Of a stretch of 60,724 bases of DNA, positions 44,501-60,724 are shown one piece after another. Below the pieces are notes generated by a model, which saw only the letters and a program-made list of their open reading frames with translations, was not told the origin of the DNA and did not search any database. The DNA is from Ministeria vibrans ATCC 50519 (lineage: Eukaryota > Protista > Filasterea): assembly GCA_943704425.1 (NCBI GenBank), contig CALSCP010000312.1, positions 1-60,724 of the forward strand, in the 5' to 3' direction. Within the stretch, counting starts at the first letter, position 1. Each line of letters opens with the position of its first letter. Position numbers and translations under genes: made by a program.

Positions 44501-45820
44501 GCACTTAAGCGAGGAAAGTATATTGTGGTGGTGCGCTTTGACGTCAGCCAGACAGTAAGAGACATGAGAGCGTGTGTCAGTTCGTATCATGCTACCCTTT
44601 AATATGCCTGACCCTAACCCTCTCCATGAACCTTATTAACATTATAGTCGCTTCCTTCTTGATTCTCTATTTTTTTTTCTATACGCTTCCTTCTTGATTC
44701 TCCATTTTTTTTTCTTCTATACGCTTCCTTCTTGATTCTCTACTTATTTTCTTCTATACGCTTCCTTCTTGATTCTCTACTTATTTTTCTTATATACGCT
44801 TCCTCTGCCAAACCCTAAAGCTTTTCTTTCTTCCAGGACCGCTCTCCCCACCGCTTTGTCTTCTCTGTCTACTCGGACTCTCCCGTGAAACCCACATTTA
44901 ATCCCTCCTTCAATCTACGTCGCTTCTACTCCCGCCTGTACAAACAACTTGCTGAAACTCACGGACGACCCTCCGATTTCTCCGGAAGTGGGTATGGTTC
45001 ACTCTCCCACTCTTACTCTCACTCTAATCGTAGCCAATCATTTCCTTCTAATCAATCGCTCTCACTGACCATCAATCACCCACTCTCAGTGAACTATCAA
45101 TTATTCACTTTCAATCAATGACTCTCAGTCCTGACCGTCACTCATTGCTCTTTCTCGTTCCCCTTAGTGCTCCTCAAATTCTCATGTTCAGTTGGTCTGG
45201 CGGTGGTCCAACTGAAGAACGAGTCCACGTTTTCAGATACAAAAACTCTTCGTCTCAGGTAATAACAAAAATATATCTTTTAGTGACACACACAAAATTT
45301 TCATTTGAGATTCGGCTGTTTTCTTTTGTAGCTTCATTTGAAAGAAAAGCTCAAGTTTCGTTTGAAGAATATGAAAATCTCACTTGCACTTTGTGGGAAG
45401 AAACTCTGTTACGTTCACAAAGGTACATTAAACATGTCAGAAAGAACTGTTTGTTGTCATTTGAGATTGACGATTGTTCAAATATGAAACAACTACTTGT
45501 TTGTCATTTGAGATTGACTTTCAATTATATTAAATTATTATTATTATTATTATTATTGTATATTGTAGATGTGGTTTCCGTAGAACTTCCACCACATACC
45601 AACGCGATTGTGATCCTTGAGCCTGTTTCAACAGGGCCCTATTCATTTGACTGTGACCGCTCATTCGAGGTACAACTCTATTTCTAACCCCTAATGACGA
45701 GTCCTTAGCACCCGTTTGAAATGATTCCTTTTAGCTCCAGCGCGTTGGTCGACGATTGAGTGTGGGCTCTCGTCTATTCTTTCTTGATCAAAACTCCGAC
45801 GAAAGTGACTCTGAACTTTA
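41580..45820 (+). CDS. Calpain-family cysteine protease with N-terminal acylation motif, multi-exon
   Basis: Motifs MGCGSSK, FVDPEFPP, QGKLGDCYYLSALS, AWAKIHGSY, NHA(Y), KLRNPW...EWKGRWSD, DGCFWM. A domain III-like region follows. Confidence 0.9.
44648..44805. repeat. ~36-38 bp intronic tandem repeat, ~4 copies
   Basis: CGCTTCCTTCTTGATTCTC...CTATA repeated. Confidence 0.85.
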
Positions 45821-45860
45821 AAATCATTACTTTCCCATTGTAACAACACAAATGACCTTT

Positions 45861-48800
45861 TCATTGAGAAATCAGTTCAAAATGACACACATTTCGAACC
45901 ATATGACAAATCTGCTCCACAAACCCATTCATGTCCTACAGAGAAAAAAAAAAAAAAACACACACACAATTAATCAATCGGTGTGATATCATACACACAC
46001 ATCCACACAATTGGAACCTTTTCCTGAGTAATGCAGTCTAAGAGCATTTGACGTTGCGCGGGAATGTCAGTGAGTGATGAGATCCACTCAGGAAGAAACT
46101 CTCTAAAAAACTGCTCAAATTGCGCCGAGGCAATTGCAAAGAGCTTGAAGATACAGGGCATTTAAAGAGAAAGAGTGTGTGTTAGAGCAATTAAATTAGA
46201 GCAAGAAACCATAAAACAAAATGAGAGAGAGAGAGAAGAAGGAGAAAGAAACAAAGTGAGCAAATGGCGAGACACAATAGTACTTATGGTTGCAAAAAAC
46301 GAAGTAAACTAATATAATAAATAATAGTAATAATATTTTTTTTGAGTTACCAGTGAGTGAATGTGATCCTGAACGGAATCCCATTGTCTCAACACTCTAA
46401 GAGTCAAGAGGGAATGGGCAAAAGTGGACGAAAAGGACTTGAGAAAAAAGACACTGCTTAATAGACTGACACGCGAATGAACGTGTTCCAGAGAGACACA
46501 CATAGTTGTGACTGTGTGGGGTGAGAGGACACTCAGTGAGTGTGTTTGCGAGAGAATATTGACAAGTGTCTGAAGGACGTTTCCTAATTGGCTTGAGTTG
46601 TTGCTCTGGAAATATCGCCAATTGTCCTAAATAGAGCAGAACAAATATATAAATGTGAGAGAAAAGAGCTGTAAGTGATTGATTCTGTTGCAAAATTCAA
46701 CCAGAGAAACAAAGTGACAGAGAGAAAAAACAAAAAAACACAAAGTGATAGAGAAATTGAATGAGAGTGAATCAATCTAAATAAGACACATACAAAAAGC
46801 ACACTATTTCCTTCTGTAACTTACACAGAGAAGTGACTCGATTGCTTTGATATAATCCGGAATGACCTCACAGTAAACCTCAGACTAAATAATAATAATA
46901 ATAGCAAAATATTATAATAATATTATTATTCGTAGTTGACTCATATTCGCTACCTGAACCAAAAGGGGAGACAATCGATTGACATAAATCTCGAGACAGT
47001 TTGGAATGAGTGCTTTAAACTGTTTTCCGGGCTCACTCGCGATGAGAGAGAGAACGGAAATGACTTGTCGAAGAACAGTGAGTGAATGTCCAGAGTGTTC
47101 TGTGAGAGAGACAGAGATTGAGTCAGTCACAAACAAAAGAGATATCAAACAACACCAATGAATAAGCTACGTTGTGAGAAAAGCTGAAGAAGCAACTCCA
47201 CAACAGACGAGACAATGTCAGAGCCAGCAAAGGATTTGAAAGCACTGAGAAACGCATTGAGGGTGGTGAGCAGTGCTGAGAGGAGAACAGACGAGTGTGA
47301 TTGACCGAGCGCTTGGATGAGAGCGACAAGCGCAGGAAATATGTCGCCAATTAACTAAATAGTCAGAGAGAAGTATTTAGAGTGTTGTACAAAAATGATT
47401 ACGTTAAAAACCTGATAAAGAATGCGTTTAGACTGAGTAGTCTCGCTGTCAATAAGACGCACTGAGACAGTCAGTACACATAACGCACGAACGAGACGGA
47501 GTCGCATTGAGTTTGACTCGGGAGTGAGCAGAGGAGTGAAATCACTTGATTGAGCTGCAGATTGCACGAGAGTGATCGACTTGTGAAGCAACTGACGACA
47601 AACATTGAGCCGTGCATCAAGAAGCTGTTCTTCAGGAGATGTGACGGGCCACGGAAGCACACACGTGGCCACAAGTGACTCCATCAATGCAATGTGAGCA
47701 GTGAGACCACTAGGGTGCTCGTGTGACGCGCCTCCTTCCTCATCGGATTCTGTTGTCTCTGCCAGCTCAAGCAACGTGCGAAACTCGCCTGTGTTGCACG
47801 GTAGACTGCTACGAACGGTCATGGCAAGTGAACGGATGACCTGAGCAGCAGCAATGCGAACCACCACTGACAACTAAACAGAGAAAAAAAGATTGAGAAC
47901 ATCTCTTTTTTTTTTCACGTTTCTAACAGTGTTTTGATGAATTGCAGCGGATGACCATTGGACCATTTGGGTACAGACAATGTCAAAGCTCGACTGCAAT
48001 CGAGCAAGTTGCTCGCTTTCCTGAGAGGCACTTGCGTCGCTCTGAGCGCGACTGTTGATGAGCATGAAGCGGAGACGCGCCAGCCAGGCGACCTCGGCAC
48101 GAAGCAGACCAAAGAGCTCACTGACCAGCTGTGTGTGGTGTGGACTAGTGTGGTTCGTTTGCAGTGCAAAGGTGACAAGATGCGCGACACGCTCGTGAAT
48201 TTCGACGGCAGTGAGAGCGCGCGCCACAAAGACAGAGTCATCGTCGGGTGCGCAGAGAACGTGATAGAGTGACCCGACAAGCTGGAGGAGGGTGCACACG
48301 TCGCGCGTGGAATATGGATCGAGCGAGTCCGTCGTCTCGCTGAGAAGGAGATCTGAGCAGTGCATGAAGCGGGGACAGACAATGTCGTTGAGGACTGCGT
48401 CGGGAAACATGGTAGCAATGGTTGCGATGCACTCAATGGCCGGCTGAAGCAACGCGGACCATTCTGAGTCGTCCTGAAACGCAACACCACTGGCACTCTC
48501 AGGATCACTCATGCTCGTGAGCAACGCCACCTCAGCATTGGAGTTGATGCGCAGCTCGGCAAAGGTCGCCGTCCAAGTGGTGTCGGCGCCAATGTCCTCG
48601 AGCAAGTCGGCCGAGTCGGACATGAGACAGGTGCGCAGAGTGTGTTCTGCGAGCTGAAGCACTCCGTCGCGGTAACTCGCGAGCATGTGCTCTTGTTGCT
48701 GCTGCGACGCGGCATCGTCGCGGCCTTGCACTGCCTCAAGGGTCGCACTGAGATGCTCCAGAAAGTCATTCCACATGTCGAGACAGGCAAGAAAGTGCGA

Positions 48801-50284
48801 GGCACTCTTTTGCGGGGCAAACGTGAATCGAAAAAGTCCCGCAAGGTAAACGGGCACCGAGGCGGACGCTGAGACAATTTGCAGCTGTTCAACGCGCCGC
48901 AAATGTGATGTGGAAAAATTGCGAAGAAACTCGAGGAGTGTGCATGAAAATTCTTCGTCGAGTGCAATGAGAGTCTCGTCGGTCGACGTGACCAAAGCGA
49001 GAAGGTCACAGGCAAAGACAAACACAATGGCAAGGTGATCGTTGGCCTCGCGAGGCACACGGTTGGGCGCAATAAGTGCATTGACGGCATTGAGGGCGGC
49101 GGTGGCAGTGCGTACGTGACGCTCGCTTGTGACGAAAGCCTTGACACACTCAAATGCGTGCTCGAGGAACTGTGCGTGGAGCGGGTGAAAGAGAAGCACC
49201 GACGGTGGCATCCAGGCGGCGAGTTGAAGCACACAGTCAAACACATCGCAAAGCACATTGTGTATCGGGTCTGACAGAGACGAGTCGGCGTCCGAGGTGG
49301 AGGCATCGGCAAAGGAAGCGCAACACGAGATGGCAGTCGAGGCGACCAACTGCAGGAGGGACGCCGACTGCTCGAGCATCAACGAGTGTAGTTGTGCGCT
49401 GCGCTGTGCCGACAGGGCCACCGACGTGCCCGAGGTTTGCGTCGACTTTTGACCGAATTCACGACAGACGACAGCAAGCATGCGCATTCCAATGAGTGTG
49501 CGACGGCTAGCAACGGTGTCGCTGGTGGACTCGCACAGCTGTGCCAGTCGTGCGAGAAACTCGGGGTTTGCCTCGGGCCTGTTCAAAAAGACACACTTTG
49601 AGTACACGCTTTGTTTGTGGCTCTCGCTCCAACATGCTTCTCGTTTGCGGGCGTACCATTCGAGGCGAGCCATGTCGACATTCACCTGGATGAGTTTACA
49701 CAAGACCATCGTTGAAAGTGTCTCACGTTCGCCTTCGTCCACAATGAGCTGCCACAACAGACACCGCATCACACTGTGATCGTCGCTACTCATTTGCGAC
49801 CACCATCGTTGAATGGTATTCTGAGCGAGCACAATACAACACAATTTCAAATTTCAAATTGGGCTCTCACTTCAGCAGTGTAAATCTCACCTCCAAAACG
49901 GACAGAAGATACCATTGCACGGTCTCACCACCGGACCGACGCGACAGCACCTCTATACAGAGGCCCCAGGAGACAGGGCTGTCGCGGATGTCGGCGAGTT
50001 GTCGACCTTTTCGGTTGAAATGTGTTTCGTGACAGGTCAAAATAATTATATTATTGATGACTTACCAATTTCTCCCTTTCGTTCGTTCGAAGTTGCGTTG
50101 CCATAGAACCCATCAAGAAGATCCTAAAGAGCGGAAGGACAGAGAGAGCTGGATCAGAAGAGGGTTTGAGCAGGACACATTATGTTACTGTCAGAATCGC
50201 AAGTTCTCCCTCAACGTCCGTCTGCAAACGAAACCAATATAAGATATGCAGTAAGTAAAACAAACTGCTGATGAATCCTACCAT
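45861..50284 (-). CDS. XPO6: Exportin-6-like karyopherin-beta, multi-exon
   Basis: Spliced N-terminus M|TDVEGELAILT|DLLDGFYGNATSNERKGEI resembles XPO6 (LRALESLMTEFF...TTNERKREI). Also FLRNFSTSHLRRVE, LFRFTF, FLACLDMWNDFL and EPGKQFK. Confidence 0.75.
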
Positions 50285-50406
50285 GTTGAGAGCAGAGAAG
50301 GGAAGAGAGACAAACAAAAATAAATTGATCGCGTTACGACTCGAGTAAGAACAATGATTATGATTATGATTATTATTAATTTTTATTCTCAGTCTTTTTC
50401 TTTTTT

Positions 50407-53400
50407 ATGAATCTGGAAACTTTTGAGGACGCTCCGGCTCCAGCGACGCCGACAGGAGAGAGAAGCGTTGGATGCGATGAACGCGTACCAGTACAACGCG
50501 CTGCCACACGCTCGGTGGTGTGGGCTGACGACGACGACGACGCGGAGACACATTCGAAGGTGAAACCTCAAAACGCGTCTTGTTGTGCTTTCCCCGGCTT
50601 CCTCTTGCTTTATTTCGGGCAGATTTACATGAGTGTTGTTTGGAAAGGAGGGAAGTTAGGTAAGGGTTAGCACGGGATGGGCATGAAAATGAAGAATAAG
50701 CGTTTGTTCTTCCCGTCGTTTGATTCCTGCTCCATTCCTGCTCGCTTTTCGTTTCCCAGGCATGGCTGCGTACGACAGTCGCAGTTGCGAGCTCTTTCTC
50801 ATGCCTGACCTTCCCGAAGCAGCACCATTTGATCAGCTCAAGCGCATCATGCTGCAAATTCGACCTGCTGTCGTGGTGACGAGCTGTTTTCAAGACGAGC
50901 GTCTCCTTGAGATTTTGCGCGGTAAAAAACGTATTAGCTGATGTATCAAATTCGTTGCGTTTGCGCTGTTTCTCAACCGTTTGCCACACAGCCGAAGTCG
51001 AAGGAATTCCAGATGATGAACAGGCGACTACCTTTGAGACTCTCTCCAATGCCGACTTCTCCGTTGATTCTTGTCGGCGGTACATCATTAATAATATAAT
51101 AATAATTATTATTATTATTATATTTTTACATTAATTTTCTTGTTGTTTTTTTTAGTCGCTTGGAGAATTTGCAGACCATCTCGGAAGAAGATACTGAAAA
51201 CGGGGTGCGACGTCAAGGGCTTGTTGACGCAGTGATTCCGCTGGCCATCAATGAGCAATTGGTAATAATAATAATAAGAAAAAATAATTAATAGAGAACC
51301 AAGAGCTGTACTCAATGTCAATACAAGACAATATACAAAACAAAGAGCATCACAATACTATTATTATGATTATAATTATATAATTATTATATTTTTTTGT
51401 TGTTTTTCTTACTGCTTGTACTTTTTAGATACGTGCGGGTGGAGGTCTGCTGCGCTACCTGGAAAAGCAGCGAGTGAATGTGGAGTTGGAGGATACCAAC
51501 ATGAAAGTCCCCATTGCATCCATCAAGTTGTTTACGCTGGACCATCTCATGGCCATTGATGAGAATGCTCTCTTGTACGTATTCTAATAGGGATTTAAAA
51601 CAATAATAATATTAATTAATATTATTATGATTGTTTTTTTTTTCTTTTTCTTTGTCAGCTCACTTCAAGTGTTTCATCGTGAAATACATCCCGCAACACA
51701 CAAAGCAACAACCGTCAAGGAGGGACTGTCGCTCTTTGGTGTGATGAACAAGACGGGTTCACCAATGGGTTCAAAAATGCTACGATTGTGGTTTCTGCGC
51801 CCTCTCACACAAGTTGAAGAGATTCTCAGTCGTCAGAGTGTAAGAACAAAAAGAAAACATGTTTATAAACAAATACTACTACTATTACGTGTGCGTTTTA
51901 GAAATGTAATAAAAACAGTTAATAATTATAATAATAATAATATTTTTTTGTGTTGTGGATTTCGTTCTTTTTTCTTAGGTGGTTGCTTACCTTGCTGAGC
52001 CTTGCCACCACGAGCGTTTACTGTCAATTCGCGAGTGCATGAGGGGCATCAAGAACATTTCGGTACACATATAAATTTGGGAGAACACAAAACGAACACA
52101 AAACAGTAAACGCTCAAAACCATTTCTATTTTTCTGTAGGGAGTTTTGGTGCGAATGAAGACAAGTCGAGTGAGCCCTCAGGACTGGGTACGAGCCTATC
52201 AGTCTATTCAAAACCTCGTTCTTCTACGCGATTTAGCCAAGGGCGCAGACCAGGTATACTTATTAAGAAAAAGCGGAGATCTGGAAGGGAAGTTATTATT
52301 ACTAATTGTTTTTGTAGAAGATTGGTCTGTTCCAGAAAATGGCAAAATCCTTTGGAGATCAGTTGAGTCAAGTGACCACCGTAATGGAGCGATTGGTAGT
52401 TTTTTTAATGATTGTATTCGATTTCTTTGATGCTGAATGTTTCTTTCAGGTGGACTTTCCGGAGAGCAAGTCGAATGCGCGATTTGTCGTCAAAAGTGGA
52501 GTGGATGAAAGCTTGGATGGTAACAATAAATGAAAATAATATAATAGATGAAGCCAGTTATCAAAATAATAATAAGAATAATTATTTATTATAATAATGT
52601 CGTTGATGTGAGTTTCGTTATTGGCCATACTTTGTATCTGGGTTTTACACGGATCTATTTTGCAAATTCTTTTCCTCTGGGGTGTGCAACGTTATTAATA
52701 AGTCTTTTCTTTTTTTTATCATAGATCTCAAGCGAGCTTACAATGATCTACCTGGACTCATGACATCGGTGGCACGCGAAGAAATACTCAACAATCCTGT
52801 CATCAATTCCTGCACCGTCGTTTACTTTCCTCAGGCATATTTTTTGTTGCTCGGAGGTTTTTGTTTTGATTTTGTTGGAGAGTAGATTGGATATCTTGTG
52901 GCGATCCCGAAAAGTCAAATGGTCAATGGGGAGACGGAGATTTTGCAGAGCGATGATCTTGAATTTCAGGTATATTGACAAAATACTAATAATAATATGG
53001 TGTACATTGTGTACACGATGAAAATATTGTTTTAGTTTGTGACGGAGCATGCCACTCACTACAAGAGCACGCGCACAAAAGAGATGGATGAGCGCCTGGG
53101 GGATATTCATGGCAACATTGTCGGTAATTAACATAGTTATACACTTCGTCCGTGTTCGTTGCTTCTCTGGTCATCCGTCAACCTGTCTCCAATATCTCCC
53201 TTTCACTTTCTCGCGACGTTCTTGCAGTAGCTTCGTCATTAATCTTGATATCGCTTTTCGGTTGATTCTGCATTTTTTTTTTTTTTTTTTTTTTGCGCCA
53301 GACAAGGAGACGGAGCTGATGTTTGCCCTGCAAGCCATGGTTCTTGAGCGTGCACAAATTATTATTGAAGCAGCTGACATTGCAGCGCACATTGATTGGT

Positions 53401-54772
53401 AAAAAATTCTTCCAAACATGATCCGAAATTCGAAAAAAGATTTTTTTCGCAGCTGTGCATCGCTTGCAACTGCCGCCATTGAGTTTCAAATGGTGTGCCC
53501 CGAGGTGATTGCGAGTGATACGGAGACGCGCCTGGCCATTGTAGGTGGTCGTCATGTGCTTCAGGAGTTGTGCGTGCCGACGTTCATTCCTAACGACAGC
53601 CATTTTGACGATGATTGTTGTGTGCATGTGATCTCGGGACCCAATGCGAGCGGCAAATCTGTTTATCTTAAACAAGTACGCGTCAAATAATACGTACAAG
53701 AAATTACGACTAGGGTTTATTTAATAGGTGGGATTGATTGTGCTGCTGGCACAGATTGGTGGATTTGTGCCGGCGCAGAGTGTCGTGATGACTCCCGTCG
53801 ATCGAATGTTTACCCGCATTCACACGCGTCAGAGCGTGTCCGTGATGCGCTCCTCATTTGCCATTGATCTGCAGCAGGTTACACAACGATGGAGAATCAT
53901 ATTTACTGAGTTATTTTATTTACACAATGTTTTATCAATTCTAACAAATAGGTGTCGCTTGCGGTGGAACATGCGACGCGTCGCTCGTTGGTCCTTCTCG
54001 ACGAATTTGGCAAAGGTATAGCCATAAAAATTTAAATCTACCTTATCAACCTATCACTTTACACAAAGGCACTCTGCACGTGGACGGAATTGCTCTGCTT
54101 TGTGCAACTCTACGTAATTTTCTTTCACGACGCGAAGATTGTCCAAAGGTACAAAAAAAAAAAAAAAAAAAAAAAGAAGGGAAGGCGTAAATTACGGAGT
54201 AATAATTAATAATAATAATAATTATTACTAATCTTTATTATGAATGTAAGTAGGTGGTGGCGAGTACGCACTTTCAAGAGATTGTGAAGCAAGAACTGCT
54301 CCAGCCCGACCCGCGACTGAGCTATGAAAAGATGGAAGTGCACAAGGTACGAGCAGAGCTAAGACGGCGTCTGAATGACAAGATGTGTGTTCTCGTGTAG
54401 CACACGGATCAGAATTCACGTGAGGGTATTGCATATCTGTACCACCTTGTGAGTGGCTTTGCCGACTGGTCCTACGGGTGCGAAGTGGCTCTGTTGGCAG
54501 GCGTGAGTGAGAGCGTGGTGAGCCGCGGAAGGGTGGTGACGGATGCAATGGAGGCAGGTGAGCGAGTGGAGGCAATGGACCGTGAGGGAGTGATGGAAGA
54601 GGTGAGTGCACTAGCGAGACACAAAGAAAACAAAAGAAACCCAAAAGAAATACTGGTTTGTGTTTTGAAGCGACTGCGACACAGCCAGCGACTGGTGGAC
54701 GTGTTTCTTGAGCAGAACCTCGCTGAGGTCAATGTGGCGGCCGTGCTGGACAACTTGCGAGCGTGCATTTGA
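50407..54772 (+). CDS. MSH5: MutS homolog 5 (meiotic), multi-exon
   Basis: Motifs KEGLSLFGVMNKT..PMGSKMLRLWFLRP, GPNASGKSVYLKQV, FTRIHTRQSVS...SSFAIDLQQ, DEFGKG, STHF. Confidence 0.9.
51302..51359. repeat. 58-bp dispersed repeat, copy 2 (inside an MSH5 intron)
   Basis: Matches 25916-25973. Confidence 0.85.
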
Positions 54773-54822
54773 ATGAACTTTTTTTTGTGTGTGTTGAATT
54801 TGTGTGTTTGAAAGGGATTCTT

Positions 54823-55281
54823 TTACAGGTTGGATGAATAGCGGTGGTACTCAGGGTAGTCGGGTATGGGGGAGAAATCAGGGATGGCCAGGTCCTCTTC
54901 GGTGATGGGGAGAGTGGGAGGGAGGAACCTCAGGAGCTGCTGGCAGCGATCCGGTGCAATGTAGTCGGGGAGTTCTAAACGACTCACCCACGCGTAGTCA
55001 GAATACGTGTCAATGTCGAGATTCACCTCGCCGCTCATGTAGCGCCCAAAGTAGAAGAAATCCTGGAAAAAAAAAAAGAAGAGAGTTTTAGTACCTGAGT
55101 CTCTCTCGGTCTCGCTCTGCATCTCCGTCTCATATACTGTGATGTTGGTTGAAGGGTCCTTGAAGGCACCGAGGGGAGCACTTTGAGAGAAGAAAGTAAT
55201 CATATCGTCGCTCGCGGCAAGCTGACATGCGTAAGTGGCCGCCTGGATGAAGAGACATTATTGAAGCGTTAGTACATCTCG

Positions 55282-55318
<37 letters not shown>

Positions 55319-56022
55319 AGAGGCGAGTGTGATATCTGAAGGGCATTTATGCGTACCTCTCGCAAAGAGATGTTGACGTTCTTTCCGGGCACGGCACTGG
55401 GGAGCTCCCACGTGCCCGTCTTGACCGTTTTCAGGACGAGGTACATATAGTTTTGGAGATTTCTGTTGAGTGATCTCACGTCGTTTTTCTCGTCGGCCTC
55501 CGTGACACGCGGCGCAGGGGTCCACTTGAACTGTGGTTTGGCTTGCTCGGGGGACGCTTCGCTGGCCTTGTCGTTGCCCGATTTTGACTTTTTCATCAGT
55601 GAGTGTCGCGCGAAGAAGTCCTGGAAGCTCTCGGGCGCATTCTCGACGGCGTGCAGCTTGTAGAGGTCGTACTGGCGGGTGTCGATGGGGCCATTGTCGG
55701 CGGTGATGACTGGATGGCGGGCGAGGACGCCGACGGCGCGAAGGTGCTTGAGAGACTCGTCGGTCGCCGGCTGACGGTTTGGCGCGAATTCGCTGATGAG
55801 CGGCGCGTACCGAGCGGTTCTCTTGGTCTTGTGGATGTACACGTCGAGCAGCTCGCGTGCCATGATGCCGCGCGCCACAGATTCGCGCATTTCGGCGAGA
55901 TTCTTTTCCCATCGCTCTTTCGACATCCACGAATGCATACCGCGCGACGGGAGCGTGCCCAGTGGCAGGGCAGCACGCGGTTGGAGTGCGTGTCGTGCCA
56001 ACGCGCGGTGGGCGGCGAACAT
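54823..56022 (-). CDS. MRPL46: Mitochondrial ribosomal protein mL46-like (Nudix fold), multi-exon
   Basis: Transit peptide MFAAHRALARH. Motifs PRVTEADEKNDVRSLNRNLQNYMYLVLK...WELP, APLG, and DYAWVSRLEL. Confidence 0.8.
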
Positions 56023-56114
56023 TGCAAAATAAATGAATTATGAATAGACATCAGTTTTTTTTTTTACATTAACTTGTTCAATCGATTCTATAACTCTCTC
56101 TCTCTCTCATTCAC

Positions 56115-60466
<4,352 letters not shown>

Positions 60467-60724
60467 GGAAGAGGAACGAGAGAAAGGCACACACAGAGAG
60501 AGAGAGAGAGAGAACCAGGTCAGGTTTCGGGCAGATATTTCTCTCTCTCTTGTTCTTTCCCTCTCTCTATCATTTTGTTTCTTTTTACCCTCCTCTCTCT
60601 GTCTATCTGTATCTCACTTTGTTCTTTTTACCCTCCTCTCTCTGTCTCTCTCTGACTGTCTCTGTCTGTCTCTCTCTGCTTCTCTCTGTCTCTCTCTGTC
60701 TCTCTCTGTCTCTCTCTCTCTGTC

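Overview
This is intron-containing eukaryotic (protist-like) genomic DNA with short GT-AG introns, occasional GC-AG introns, many microsatellites and one 10-N gap. About 26-60.7 kb is housekeeping-type: RCC1-repeat protein, RRG7-like nuclease, TDP2, MetAP1, a CH-filamin-GAR giant protein, M28 aminopeptidase, PX-BAR sorting nexin, calpain, exportin-6, MSH5, mL46 and a cullin. About 2.7-25.9 kb is an accessory, immune-like block: a Roc-COR-caspase gene, an F-box-TPR gene, a GREB1/TAGT-like glycosyltransferase, a HEPN-TM-NB-ARC NLR-like gene, and several gene relics. The standout is the apparent ~85-bp tandem repeat at 7.76-8.89 kb. On the minus strand it is a chain of near-identical spliceosomal introns (GTAAG...TTAG) separated by 14 single-codon (3-nt) variable micro-exons, directly upstream of the Roc GTPase exon of the Roc-COR-caspase gene. 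All family calls come from motif recognition by eye; no database searches were run, and exon boundaries are predictions.
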